From Candidatus Geocrenenecus huangii (GTDB lineage Archaea > Thermoproteota > Nitrososphaeria_A > Caldarchaeales > Wolframiiraptoraceae), in the NCBI GenBank assembly GCA_023254095.1, contig JALNLM010000001.1:128001-192000 (forward strand): a stretch of 64,000 nucleotides of DNA, in the 5' to 3' direction. The position numbers and the translations under genes were made by a program. The notes under the pieces were generated by a model that worked only from the letters and a program-made list of their open reading frames with translations, was not told the DNA's origin and searched no databases. Positions 1-12,698 of this stretch are shown here, piece after piece; position 1 is the stretch's first letter, and each line of letters starts with the position of its first letter.

Positions 1-220
1 CGACTGTTGTCAAACCGCTGGAATGCCAATCAAATCCTAAAACACATCCAAATGCTTGAAACCAGTAAGGGTCTCCTATCTTTCTTATGACTTCTCTTTT
101 TCCAAGCTCTTCCACCATCACCTTAACTATTGAGTTGGCGAGGTTTTTCATCTTATCCATTAGCCATGGCGGCACATGACCTTTGTGAAGAGGGAGGTCA
201 GCTGTCCCACTTAGATTCAT
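1..220 (-). CDS. DUF763-family protein, N-terminal part (runs off window edge)
   Basis: Manual translation from ATG at 220: MNLSGTADLPLHKGHVPPWL...DPYWFQAFGCVLGFDWHSSGLTTV, the conserved DUF763 N-terminus; not in ORF track. Confidence 0.85.
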   Translation of the reverse strand, partial: MNLSGTADLPLHKGHVPPWLMDKMKNLANSIVKVMVEELGKREVIRKIGDPYWFQAFGCVLGFDWHSSGLTTV

Positions 221-357
221 CCTTCTCCTTTATGTATAATCTCGATACTCATAGTTAATCGTTTTCTCCATACCTTTATATCCTCGTGTAATGTATTGCA
301 TATACTTCATGTTAATGTTGAACTAGAAAGATTTAATTTTCAGATAACCGTCTAAAA

Positions 358-2604
358 ATGGGAGTGAATGATTTTATGCAAGGAGATGTTTTGCTAGTTT
401 CAATTTTATCCATACTTTCAGGTATAGTAGGAGTATTCATAGCAGTCGTCCTGTATGAACTTATACAAAGATACCCGAGAGGTTCCGAGAAGATGATCGA
501 GATATGGAAAGCAATTAGGGAAGGAGCTAAAGCATACATGTCTAAGCAGATAAAAACAATCATGTCTTTCACGCTCGGCCTGTCTATCGCCGTACTAACG
601 ATGATATATATCGTCTACAGTTTTGCCATGAACATACCTTCAGAGATAGCTCTTAGAGAGGCAATATTAACCGCAGTATCAGTTCTAGTAGGTGGAGCAT
701 CATCTATAGCTGCAGCATTCTTTAGTATGGATGCATCAACGAGAACAAATGTTAGGGTAACGGAGGCAGGGAAGAAGAATAGCCTTGAAGCATTGAAGGT
801 ATCTGTACTCGGTGGAGGAGTGCTAGGATTCTCAGTATATAGTCTAAGCCTACTCGGACTCTCAATACTATTCGTATTGTATAGCTTGATAGGCGGCAGG
901 CTCCCAGAACAGGTTGAGTATAGAATGGCTCTAGACGCATTGGCAGGATTCGCCTTCGGTGCGAGCCTCTCAGCATTATTTGCGCAGTTAGGTGGAGGAA
1001 TCTACACAAAGGCTGCAGACATAGGTGCAGACCTCGTTGGAAAGATCGAGGCGGGAATCCCTGAAGATGATCCTAGAAATCCTGCTGTAATAGCAGACCA
1101 AGTAGGAGATAATGTAGGAGATTGTGCGGGTAGAGGTGCAGACATCTTCGAATCTGTTACTGCTGAAACACTGGGAGGAATGATAATCGGATGGGTTCTC
1201 TATGTCTTGACTGGTCAACCATTATTTATGGTTCTTCCACTAGCTATTGGGGCTGTTGGAGTAATCTCGACGGTAGCGGGTCTAGTTGGAATACTATCTT
1301 ATCGTCGATTCAGAGAAGCTTTCGAGCCCTTTGCATTCGGTGTAGTGGTATCAGCAGTAGTTTCAGTATTGACTTATGCTCTCGTAGTCTACTTACTCTT
1401 CCCTCTACAGTGGACTTATATGCTCGTAGCCGGAACAGCTGGAATAGTAGGAGCAACACTCGTAGTACTTTCAACTAACAGGTATACTGGAATGAAGTCG
1501 AAACTAGTTCAAGAAGTTGCTCAAGCAGCTCAAAGTGGTCCTGCAATAAATATTTTATCAGGTCTTTCAGTAGGTCTAAGAGCCGTCGCAGAACCTATAA
1601 CGATAATTGCGGCAGCCCTAGGAGTAGCTTTCTATGCTGGGAAGAGCATGCCTCTACCAAGTGTACCTGAAAGTTGGCTGATAGATTTTATCAAAGGAGT
1701 CTTCGGGACAGCCTTAGCTACTAGAGGAATGCTATCTCTAGCTGGAACAATCATGACTCTGGATGGTGCAGGTCCGATCGCTGACAATGCTGGGGGCATC
1801 GCGGAGATGGCAGGACTCGAAGAGAGGGTTAGAGCTAACTTGGATCCATTGGATGCTGTTGGAAACACTACTAAAGCTTTAACAAAAGGTTACGCTATGG
1901 CCTCTGCAACCATCGCCACGCTCCTGCTCTTCCAAGCATTCATTCAAGACTATGTTGCCCGGCAGGTTGGGATACTTGAATTGAGTGCTTCAACTCTTCT
2001 AAAGACTATGCAGGAATTCATAGATTACGTGATCTTATTGAAGCCGGATATAATTATATCTGTCCTTATAGGCGCTCTGCTTCCATACTTGTTTTCAGGC
2101 ATAGCATTAAAAGCAGTATCTAGGGCAGCATTTCAGATGGTAGAAGAAGTTAGGAGACAGTTTAGAGAGATACCTGGCCTCCTAAATGGAGACGCTAAAC
2201 CTGATTACTATCGAGCCGTCTCGATAAGCACTGAGTATGCTTTAAAGAGTATGGCCACTCCCGCATTGTTAATAATTATAACACCCTTGATCGTGGGTGT
2301 CCTGTTCGGTGGCCCAGGAATAGGAGCTCTAGTCATAGGTTCAACAGCCTCCACAATACCTTTAGCTATAATGATGATGTGGGGTGGAGCTACATGGGAT
2401 AATGCAAAGAAATTTATCGAGGCAGGGAATTTCGGAGGAAAACGTTCGCCCGCACATCAAGCAGCAGTAGTAGGCGATACCGTCGGTGATCCGTTGAAAG
2501 ATACCGTTGGACCCTCGTTACACATACTTATCAAGCTGCTTAATACGATCTCGCTAGTATTCATTCCACTTTACTTCCTATGGATACTACACGCCGTTAT
2601 ATGA
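358..2604 (+). CDS. hppA: Membrane-bound H+-translocating pyrophosphatase, K+-independent type
   Basis: GGGIYTKAADIGADLVGKIE, DNVGD, DTVGDPLKD motifs; GNTTKA carries the Lys diagnostic of K+-independent enzymes; many TM helices. Confidence 0.95.
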   Translation: MGVNDFMQGDVLLVSILSILSGIVGVFIAVVLYELIQRYPRGSEKMIEIWKAIREGAKAYMSKQIKTIMSFTLGLSIAVLTMIYIVYSFAMNIPSEIALREAILTAVSVLVGGASSIAAAFFSMDASTRTNVRVTEAGKKNSLEALKVSVLGGGVLGFSVYSLSLLGLSILFVLYSLIGGRLPEQVEYRMALDALAGFAFGASLSALFAQLGGGIYTKAADIGADLVGKIEAGIPEDDPRNPAVIADQVGDNVGDCAGRGADIFESVTAETLGGMIIGWVLYVLTGQPLFMVLPLAIGAVGVISTVAGLVGILSYRRFREAFEPFAFGVVVSAVVSVLTYALVVYLLFPLQWTYMLVAGTAGIVGATLVVLSTNRYTGMKSKLVQEVAQAAQSGPAINILSGLSVGLRAVAEPITIIAAALGVAFYAGKSMPLPSVPESWLIDFIKGVFGTALATRGMLSLAGTIMTLDGAGPIADNAGGIAEMAGLEERVRANLDPLDAVGNTTKALTKGYAMASATIATLLLFQAFIQDYVARQVGILELSASTLLKTMQEFIDYVILLKPDIIISVLIGALLPYLFSGIALKAVSRAAFQMVEEVRRQFREIPGLLNGDAKPDYYRAVSISTEYALKSMATPALLIIITPLIVGVLFGGPGIGALVIGSTASTIPLAIMMMWGGATWDNAKKFIEAGNFGGKRSPAHQAAVVGDTVGDPLKDTVGPSLHILIKLLNTISLVFIPLYFLWILHAVI

Positions 2605-2684
2605 TGCAGACCTAGATTTCTGTATTTTTCCTCTACATATTCTTTAGGAAATACTCTTATACCGCTAGAGAAAAATTATTAGTA

Positions 2685-3209
2685 ATGAGTTTTCTCGAAG
2701 AAATTCGAGAAGAACCTTTACATATATTCTCTAAACTCGAAGCAGAAGTTCTAGAATATCTCGAGAGACATCCATGGGGGGGTACAATACATCAGATAGC
2801 TAGAGATGTTAAGTGTTCTTTCAAGTCTCTTTATAGTGTGTTGGGGATGCTTGAGAAAAATGGATGGATAATGACGGTAAAGGAAAGAAATGGTGGTATC
2901 GGGAGACCGAGGAATAGATATATTCTGAGGCAAAGTCTAAGTACTATAATCAGGAAGCTACATGATTGTGGATGCAGGTTTGATGATAGAACAAAGTTTC
3001 TAAATCTATCCGAGGTCTCCTATCCTTATTCTCTTACTATATTCAAAAGAGCATTAGCCAAGGTGAATTATGGAGAATGCCTTGTAATACTTCTGGGAGA
3101 CACAGCCAACTTAAGAGAGTTTGAAGAGTTAGCATCAAAAAAAGACATAAGGGTCGTAGACATTCTAACAAACAGTCATAACATAAGAGTGATCTTTAAG
3201 AAAGGCTAG
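2685..3209 (+). CDS. Winged-HTH transcriptional regulator with C-terminal TusA/SirA-like domain
   Basis: N-terminal HTH (TIHQIARDV..SLYSVLGMLEKNGWI..GRPRNRY); C-terminal ~70 aa LNLSEVSYPYSL..KRAL...GECLVILL..IRVIFKK follows the TusA pattern. Confidence 0.65.
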   Translation: MSFLEEIREEPLHIFSKLEAEVLEYLERHPWGGTIHQIARDVKCSFKSLYSVLGMLEKNGWIMTVKERNGGIGRPRNRYILRQSLSTIIRKLHDCGCRFDDRTKFLNLSEVSYPYSLTIFKRALAKVNYGECLVILLGDTANLREFEELASKKDIRVVDILTNSHNIRVIFKKG

Positions 3210-3253
3210 GACGGAGAACATAAAGGTCTTCTTCCTTATCTTGTCCCTCCGTT
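3210..3253 (+). terminator. Imperfect stem-loop followed by T-run, possible terminator
   Basis: acggag...ctccgt outer stem with inner aca/tgt and aagg/cctt pairing, directly after the stop at 3209. Confidence 0.3.
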
Positions 3254-3431
3254 TTAAGCAAGGAAAAAATCTTAAATTTAAGCTGATAGTGTTTCAAAGC
3301 ATTAAAAATGCGTAGATAGCCAAATGTTAAGCTAAAGAAGATAATATTTAGCAATTCTCGCGTAAAAATCGTTACTGAAAAACTTGAGAAGACTAATATA
3401 TCAGAAGTAATAAGCAGGGCGTGAGAAGAAC

Positions 3432-4394
3432 ATGCCTGACTTTCCTAATAAGGACCTGTTAAAGAATCTTTCAAATGAGATTACTAAGCTTGTCGAGAAT
3501 GTGTCGGAGAGTGTTGCAAGCGTTATAACTACTTCCTTGACAATGGATGCTTTCCTCAGAGTTGTACCAATTAGAGGTGTTGGCTCAGCTTTCGTTATCT
3601 CTGAAGATGGATACCTCGTAACCAATAGTCATGTTATAGCGAGAGCGGAATCTATAACACTCTTGATAAAGGATGAGACACTGCAAGCAAGGATAGTATC
3701 GTTAGACCCATCGAGAGACATCGCTTTGCTGAAAGCTCAAACTAGTAGGCTCAAACCAATCAAGCTAGGAGATTCAGATAAGGTTAGTATAGGAGAGATA
3801 GTATTAGCGATAGGTAGTCCTCTAGGCCTACCAGGTCCCAACGTGAGCTTAGGAGTTGTGAGTGCGAAAGGTAGAGTGATAGAAGGAGAAGACTTTATAC
3901 TAGAAGACCTCATACAGACAGATGCTGCGATAAATCCTGGGAATAGTGGTGGCCCCCTCATAAACATGGAGGGAGAAGTAGTAGGAGTTACCACTGCAAT
4001 GATACCATTTGCACAAGGTGTTGGATTCGCTATACCAATAAATACAGTTAAACGTTTTATGGACATGATAGCTAGATACGGTAGACCTATCAGAGCTTAC
4101 ATAGGCGTAATCACCACACCACTGAGCGACCAGATAGCGACATACTATGGACTCCCAGTTCGTGAAGGACTTATTGTATTAAGAGTCTTAAGAGGAAGTC
4201 CATCACATATTTATGGAATCCAAGAAGGAGATATCATAACACATGCAGGATCACATAAATTAAAGAATGTCAGCGACCTAAGAAGAATAATAGAAGAATC
4301 ACTGGAAACCGGTAGAGTGAACTTAACAATAATAAGAGGCCATAAGAAGATTGAATTAGTGATACCGATTGTTATTGAAGAAGTAGGATACTAG
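3432..4394 (+). CDS. htrA: HtrA/DegP-family trypsin-like serine protease with PDZ domain
   Basis: TNSHV, DIALLK, TDAAINPGNSGGPL catalytic motifs plus C-terminal PDZ; no signal peptide or TM seen. Confidence 0.92.
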   Translation: MPDFPNKDLLKNLSNEITKLVENVSESVASVITTSLTMDAFLRVVPIRGVGSAFVISEDGYLVTNSHVIARAESITLLIKDETLQARIVSLDPSRDIALLKAQTSRLKPIKLGDSDKVSIGEIVLAIGSPLGLPGPNVSLGVVSAKGRVIEGEDFILEDLIQTDAAINPGNSGGPLINMEGEVVGVTTAMIPFAQGVGFAIPINTVKRFMDMIARYGRPIRAYIGVITTPLSDQIATYYGLPVREGLIVLRVLRGSPSHIYGIQEGDIITHAGSHKLKNVSDLRRIIEESLETGRVNLTIIRGHKKIELVIPIVIEEVGY

Positions 4395-4397
4395 TTC

Positions 4398-4810
4398 CTA
4401 TAAGGTCTCAGAGCTAAAGTGTGTACCCTTCATCGCTTTAACCGGACAAATTGCTTCATATGCCATACAGGATATACAGTCTTTCTCTCTGATAATATCA
4501 GATTTACCCACTCTGTATTTCTCAAAAAGTTCTCGGAAGAACGCGCACAGATCATTTCCATTACCTTTCCTGCCTGGATTTAAAGCCTATTCAAATACAT
4601 ATACTGAACATACGCTCATGCATGCTCCATTCACTATACAGTAATCCCAATCGACCGCAAACTACGTTTCATGTATCCTAAGCTTTGTAGGATAAGATTT
4701 ACCTTCAGAATCCATACTCTACATGCTTTCAGCTCCGACAGCATGCTCATTATAAGTGAAAAACTGTGTTTCATCCGACCTTAGCCATGAAAGAGGTTTT
4801 TCGATTCTAT
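4398..4810 (-). pseudogene. zfx: Zinc-containing dicluster ferredoxin (Thermoplasma-type) pseudogene
   Basis: One frame reads YNEHAVGAESM*SMDSEGKSYPTKLRIHET*FAVDWDYCIVNGACMSVCSVYVFE*ALNPGRKGNGND...REKDCISCMAYEAICPVKA; in-frame TAG at 4719-21, 4662-64, 4587-89 and a lost cluster Cys; 5' boundary approximate. Confidence 0.85.
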
Positions 4811-4869
4811 GAGTAAGTTATGATTTTTCAAGATAAAAGGATTTAAAGGAGTAGGATGAGATATCATGC

Positions 4870-5190
4870 ATGAATGCTCAGCATTCGAGTGGAAGAGTGA
4901 GCTGCTCTGAATGTGTTAATTTCACAATTCATCCTGATTATCCTTACTTAGTAATATGTCTGGAAAAACAACAATTGGCCCCTCTTCCTAAAGAAGTCTG
5001 TAAGGACTATGTAGAGAAGACCTGGGAGAAATTAATCGAAATGTTATCTGAGAGAGGATTCCTCTATTGTAGTGAATGTAAGAAACCGATATATAGTTTG
5101 GACGAGTTAAATAACCATAAGAAAGAGTTTATCTCTTTAGAATTCTTCCCGGACGAGGTTGCAAGTGAGGAATCCCCCGCAGCAGACTGA
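4870..5190 (+). CDS. Small Cys/His-rich putative zinc-binding protein
   Basis: Two CSEC motifs plus additional Cys/His; directly upstream of and co-oriented with the OFOR genes. Confidence 0.6.
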   Translation: MNAQHSSGRVSCSECVNFTIHPDYPYLVICLEKQQLAPLPKEVCKDYVEKTWEKLIEMLSERGFLYCSECKKPIYSLDELNNHKKEFISLEFFPDEVASEESPAAD

Positions 5191-5212
5191 GTAATTAGAG
5201 AAAGTTATTAAC

Positions 5213-8072
<2,860 letters not shown>

Positions 8073-8122
8073 ACCCGCTGTTTAATCTCTACAAACATTC
8101 TGCCTCATAATTGTAATATGAG

Positions 8123-8569
8123 TCAGGCGATTAGTAAGGGTATGTCCCTAGCTACATTCTTAATCTTTTCGACAATTTTAAAGGACTCGTATCTGCTGTA
8201 GCCTACGACGACGTGTTCAGCGTTTCTCACTTGTTGTAGTAATGATTTGAGAGAACCATACTTTGCATGTATAATCTTAGTTCTAACATTCTTCTCGATC
8301 GCCATGTTGATTATCTTCTCCAGAACCTGGTTTGCTCTTCTCAGTTCTTCATGGAATCTTTTCTCAGAAAATGTGTAGATTAAAGCGATATGATCTCCAA
8401 CGCCTTTTCTTATGCTAGGTCCAGGCAGGTACTCAGCAACCTCCCTCTTGAAAATATAAGCTACTACGAGATCTAGCCCCTTGGAAGATGCTAACTCGAT
8501 TGCTCTCTCTCCGATTCTTATTCCATCAGCTAAATCTGGAATTATTAGTAAGACATATCCCCGGGCCAA
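8123..8569 (-). CDS. Universal stress protein (UspA-like)
   Basis: USP-like pattern: hydrophobic beta1, ERAIELA, LVVAYI, HVVVG, IPLLI. Confidence 0.6.
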   Translation of the reverse strand: MARGYVLLIIPDLADGIRIGERAIELASSKGLDLVVAYIFKREVAEYLPGPSIRKGVGDHIALIYTFSEKRFHEELRRANQVLEKIINMAIEKNVRTKIIHAKYGSLKSLLQQVRNAEHVVVGYSRYESFKIVEKIKNVARDIPLLIA

Positions 8570-8618
8570 TCTTCCTCTATCTACCAGTTATCTTTATTCT
8601 AAGGTGAAGATATAAATT

Positions 8619-9857
8619 TTAATCAAGATACCTATAAAGAAGTCCTATGACAAATCTACCCACTGCTGTGACGATGTACAACGTTGTTAGAGCAGCTTCC
8701 AAAGACCATGATTGTTGAAGTATTTCTAGAATGTATCCAGCTACTAATGAACCACAAAAGAAAGCCGACCCAACCGAGAAATTATACAGAGCGGTGTAAA
8801 CTCCCTTCTCCTCTATAGGGGTATTCTCTAGAACGTATGCAAGAGAAGCAGCATCGTAAAGTGCACCGAACACCCCTATCAATGCATGTATCAAGACTAG
8901 GGATAGAAGATAAGGGGAAAAAGCATAAACTAACGGAATTAAAGCCATAGCCGAGCCACTCAATGCAAGAATACTTGAAGTCTTAACTAAAGTAAGATGG
9001 TCCCTAAGTAGAGCTAGTCCAGCAGCGCCTGAAAGTCCGAAAACAATGTCTAAAATACTTATGTCGAAGAGGGATAACACGGATATTTTTGTTAATGTAA
9101 TTGTGAAAAGAGGCCATGCCATCGATAAGAAGAAGCCAAAACTTACTGATAAAACCAGGAAATTGAGAAACTTTATGCACCTTCGAATTCTGAGAGTCTT
9201 TATAGAAGGCAAGTATCCTTCCTCCGGATCTACGTTTAGTTCTTTACAAAATATCCAAGTGATGATAGAACCGGTTATTCCTGATATAGAAGCTATCGAG
9301 AACCCTATAGAGAAACCGCTTAAACCAAGTAGGGATGATAGACCAACTGCCAAAGTTGCTAGAACCCATCCTAGGTAACTTAGAGAATTGATGTTTTCTA
9401 TGAATCTCCGCCACCTATCTTCGCTTATCAGCCTCGAGGAATATGCTACGAATGTAGGTATGCTCATAGACGCAGTCATTGAGTGAAACGTTACTAGTCC
9501 AATAAAGACCGTAATGCTTTTCACGAACAACAATGCTGCCATCGTTATGGATGAGAAAAACCCACCCAGAATAATGAACATAACATATTTAATCAATCTG
9601 TCACTTAGATATCCCCAAATTACTTGGAAGAAGTTTAATGATAAATTGCTTAAAGAATAGAGTATACCTATCTCAATTGGCGACGCCCCAAGTTCTATTG
9701 CATATATTGGGATAAATGGTGAACTTGCACCATAGTGGATAGAGTCTAATAATGCCTTGCAGTACAGAACATGCTCTATCCACTTATTCTTATCTTTGTT
9801 CATTGAAGCCACCTCCAGACTAATATTAACCAAATCCCTAGAAGTATACGCTTCCAT
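8619..9857 (-). CDS. MFS transporter
   Basis: About 12 TM segments; WGYLSDRL motif A; EEKGVYTALYN. Confidence 0.88.
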   Translation of the reverse strand: MEAYTSRDLVNISLEVASMNKDKNKWIEHVLYCKALLDSIHYGASSPFIPIYAIELGASPIEIGILYSLSNLSLNFFQVIWGYLSDRLIKYVMFIILGGFFSSITMAALLFVKSITVFIGLVTFHSMTASMSIPTFVAYSSRLISEDRWRRFIENINSLSYLGWVLATLAVGLSSLLGLSGFSIGFSIASISGITGSIITWIFCKELNVDPEEGYLPSIKTLRIRRCIKFLNFLVLSVSFGFFLSMAWPLFTITLTKISVLSLFDISILDIVFGLSGAAGLALLRDHLTLVKTSSILALSGSAMALIPLVYAFSPYLLSLVLIHALIGVFGALYDAASLAYVLENTPIEEKGVYTALYNFSVGSAFFCGSLVAGYILEILQQSWSLEAALTTLYIVTAVGRFVIGLLYRYLD

Positions 9858-10081
9858 GAAGAATCTGGAGTGGGGCGAGACCCGATGAAACTTCTGTGAA
9901 CAATAATTGTCTTGCCAATATTTAACTAAAAAATTGTTTAATTCTATATTCCTGCATCAAAACGCTACATTGTTTTTATTTCGAGCAGGATATTTATATG
10001 AGGTATGACTTCTTCGAGAAAATTCTATATCATAGTGAATCTTATTGATGAGACTTAATAACCGCGGAGATTATTTTTAAT

Positions 10082-10837
10082 TTGAGCTTGATGGATTTAG
10101 CTGTAGCACTAGAGAGAATCAAACAAGCAATCCTTAAGAGAGAGGTAATAGTAATAGTCGGATTATGTGAAGTTTTTTATGAAGGCAGAGCCTCATCTAT
10201 TCTCGGTCCTGGAGAAAGAATCGCCATCATTAAATCAGACTATAGTGTGCTAATTCATAGACCATCTGGTTACGAACCTTCCAATTGGCAGCCGCCAGAT
10301 TCTAAGATCGATTTAAAGATAAAGGATAATACGCTGGTATTGGAAGCTAGAAGAGTGAATCCATCTGAAATACTAACTGTAATATTCCATGAAGTCTACC
10401 AGATCTTGTCTTGGAAACTTCTTGATGAAGCAGACTTCAGCATGTATGCAACTGAAGAAGACATGAAGAAGGCCATATTATTCAACCCATCGATAATTGA
10501 AGAAGGATTCCAGCCGTTTGAACAAGAAAGAAAACTTAAGCCTTCAGGATTCGTCGATATATTAGGAGTCGATTCTTCCGGTAGACTAACCGTTGTAGAG
10601 ATCAAGAGAAGAAAAGCTACTGTAGAAGATATTAATCAATTGGTCCAGTATGCGAATAGCGTGGAGAGGGAATTCGGCGTCAGGCCGAGAGCGATTATTG
10701 TGGCCCCCGGAGTCCAGCGTTCAGCTGTCCGAGCCATGCACATAAACAGCATAGAGTTCAGATGTTTAACACCGAAGAAGTCTGCAGAGATTCTTAGAAA
10801 GAAGGCTGGGCTAGATAGGTATGCCGGCCTAGAATAA
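10082..10837 (+). CDS. nucS: Endonuclease NucS (EndoMS)
   Basis: YEGRASS, LIHRP..YEPSNWQ, E.D, VDILGVD, VEIKR, QLVQY. Confidence 0.93.
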   Translation: MSLMDLAVALERIKQAILKREVIVIVGLCEVFYEGRASSILGPGERIAIIKSDYSVLIHRPSGYEPSNWQPPDSKIDLKIKDNTLVLEARRVNPSEILTVIFHEVYQILSWKLLDEADFSMYATEEDMKKAILFNPSIIEEGFQPFEQERKLKPSGFVDILGVDSSGRLTVVEIKRRKATVEDINQLVQYANSVEREFGVRPRAIIVAPGVQRSAVRAMHINSIEFRCLTPKKSAEILRKKAGLDRYAGLE

Positions 10838-12046
10838 AGTTACTTCTCCTCTAAGAACCAGCTCTTCCAATTTTACTATCTTCTCGATCTCGTCTTTAGC
10901 TATCTCGACTGCTTCGTAGGCTAAGGTTTTCTCATCCACGTTATCTCTCGGTATGTATTGGATCGAGATTGCCAGTGGTCTATTTATGGGTCTACCTATC
11001 TGGCTCAGTAATCTAACATATACTTCTTCCAGTCCTGATACTTCCTTGTAGATTCTTTCGGCAATCATCCTAGCCGATATATTGTAGAGTTTTCCTACAT
11101 GTGATCTTGCGTTCTTCCCAGCGGTGGCTTCCAGAGACATCTGCCTATTCGGAGTTATTAATCCGTTAACTCTATTTCCTCTCCCAGTATTTCCATCGTC
11201 TCCGCTTTCTGCAGACGTACCTGTAACTGTGAGATAGACAGAATTCTTACTAGGTATGTCGGCAGTGTTTACCTGTACACTTACTTCTACGTTCTTTTCT
11301 TCCGAGAGGATCTTGTAAGCTAATGACTCAACCTCGTTTTTCATTGCTTCTTTGACTGATAGATAATGGTCGAGGTCAGAGGTTAGATGAGCGATCAGGC
11401 TATCTGCAACCGTTATATAATATTTGTTCTGGATACGGAGACCCATAACCTTGCAATCCTCACCACTTTCAGGTATTCTAGATTTGAACTCTCTAGAATT
11501 TATCATCCTCTCAGTTTCGTGGACTATCTTTTCTAGAGGTGTGAAAGGAGCGTATCCTACCCCGAAGGATGTGTCATTGGCCAGAGGAATACCTTCATTC
11601 ATCTCAACGATAGTTTTCAGGTCTACGCTTCCAGGTCTAATCTTGGTGTCGATGATTACGTGCTCGCTAGGATCTAGGAATCTAAAGTTTTCCTTGATGA
11701 ACTTCTCAATCTCTTCTTTAATCAGCTCGTTATACGGTATCTCTTCATCTCCTACTTTTATCGTCGCTCTTCCTGCGATAAGTATGTATATAGGAGCCTC
11801 TACTACTCCTCCTCCAAACCAAGTTCTAGAGCTTCCTCCTACTAGTAATCCCTTGTCTAGATTGTGATGAAAGATCGAGCCATACCTTTCTTTGTAGTAT
11901 CTGGATAATGCTCTACTAGCTGCTTCACATGCAGAATCTATTATATAGTCGGGGTGACCGACACCTTTACGCTCTACAAACTCGGTCTGCTGGCAGATTG
12001 TAGGCACTCTATCTAATCTTTCAACAATTATCTGTGACTTCCACAT
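10829..12046 (-). CDS. mat: Archaeal S-adenosylmethionine synthetase
   Basis: [46 protein letters not shown]. Confidence 0.95.
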   Translation of the reverse strand: MWKSQIIVERLDRVPTICQQTEFVERKGVGHPDYIIDSACEAASRALSRYYKERYGSIFHHNLDKGLLVGGSSRTWFGGGVVEAPIYILIAGRATIKVGDEEIPYNELIKEEIEKFIKENFRFLDPSEHVIIDTKIRPGSVDLKTIVEMNEGIPLANDTSFGVGYAPFTPLEKIVHETERMINSREFKSRIPESGEDCKVMGLRIQNKYYITVADSLIAHLTSDLDHYLSVKEAMKNEVESLAYKILSEEKNVEVSVQVNTADIPSKNSVYLTVTGTSAESGDDGNTGRGNRVNGLITPNRQMSLEATAGKNARSHVGKLYNISARMIAERIYKEVSGLEEVYVRLLSQIGRPINRPLAISIQYIPRDNVDEKTLAYEAVEIAKDEIEKIVKLEELVLRGEVTLF

Positions 12047-12269
12047 CTCTAAGACCTGGATTTATAAAGATAATAGACTATTTAACTTCTATTATACTAT
12101 TAAACCTTCGAAAAGCGGGTATTTGAAATTTTGTAGGGAGTCTATGATGTGATCTTGTAATCAATGTATCTCAGCTTCTTCATGTAAAGATAAATCTGGA
12201 TATATACCATGATCTAGCCTTGGATTCTTCTTCGTTACACCCCATGTTTTGTTGTAGTTAGTCGACCTC

Positions 12270-12533
12270 TCATTCTGACGATTCAGGTATAAGCTGTATG
12301 TACATTATGTTGTTTCCTCGAATAAGGATCCTTGGATACATAGCTCTCTTATTGTTGTCTTGGTATTCAACTGCTTTCTCGATTACTAAGTTCATGAAGC
12401 TATCGCATTCGACAACCATCCCTTCATACATCAAATCATTCTTTAAAGTTACTCTGATATTCCTGTTAAGGTATTTCGTAATCAACGCTATGGGTCTCTT
12501 ACCAGCTTCCATAGAAGACACCATAGTATTCAA
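12270..12533 (-). CDS. Sm-like (Lsm/SmAP) RNA-binding protein
   Basis: Sm1 (D.FMNLV) and Sm2 (ILIRGNNI) motifs. Confidence 0.9.
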   Translation of the reverse strand: MNTMVSSMEAGKRPIALITKYLNRNIRVTLKNDLMYEGMVVECDSFMNLVIEKAVEYQDNNKRAMYPRILIRGNNIMYIQLIPESSE

Positions 12534-12698
12534 GAATTCTTCGGTATTTCATACTTTCAAGAAGGTTTTAAATGTTTCGCTAGAAAAACACCACTCATAA
12601 CTTATCATACGATCAATTAACAGAGAACATTATCGATACACGATCCCACCTTAACGGATTTACATATTTCAAATTCTATTGAAGAAACTTCAGAGCGG

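Noticed and set aside
4587-4721. Three in-frame TAG codons in the ferredoxin frame as amber/pyrrolysine recoding
   Set aside because: TAG terminates many intact genes here (e.g. 3209, 4394, 8072), and the frame has also lost a cluster Cys and other conserved residues, so it is a pseudogene
9856-9900. Possible C/D sRNA (ATGAAGA...GCGA...CGATGA...GTGA)
   Set aside because: All boxes are degenerate, the second guide is too short, and no convincing target was found
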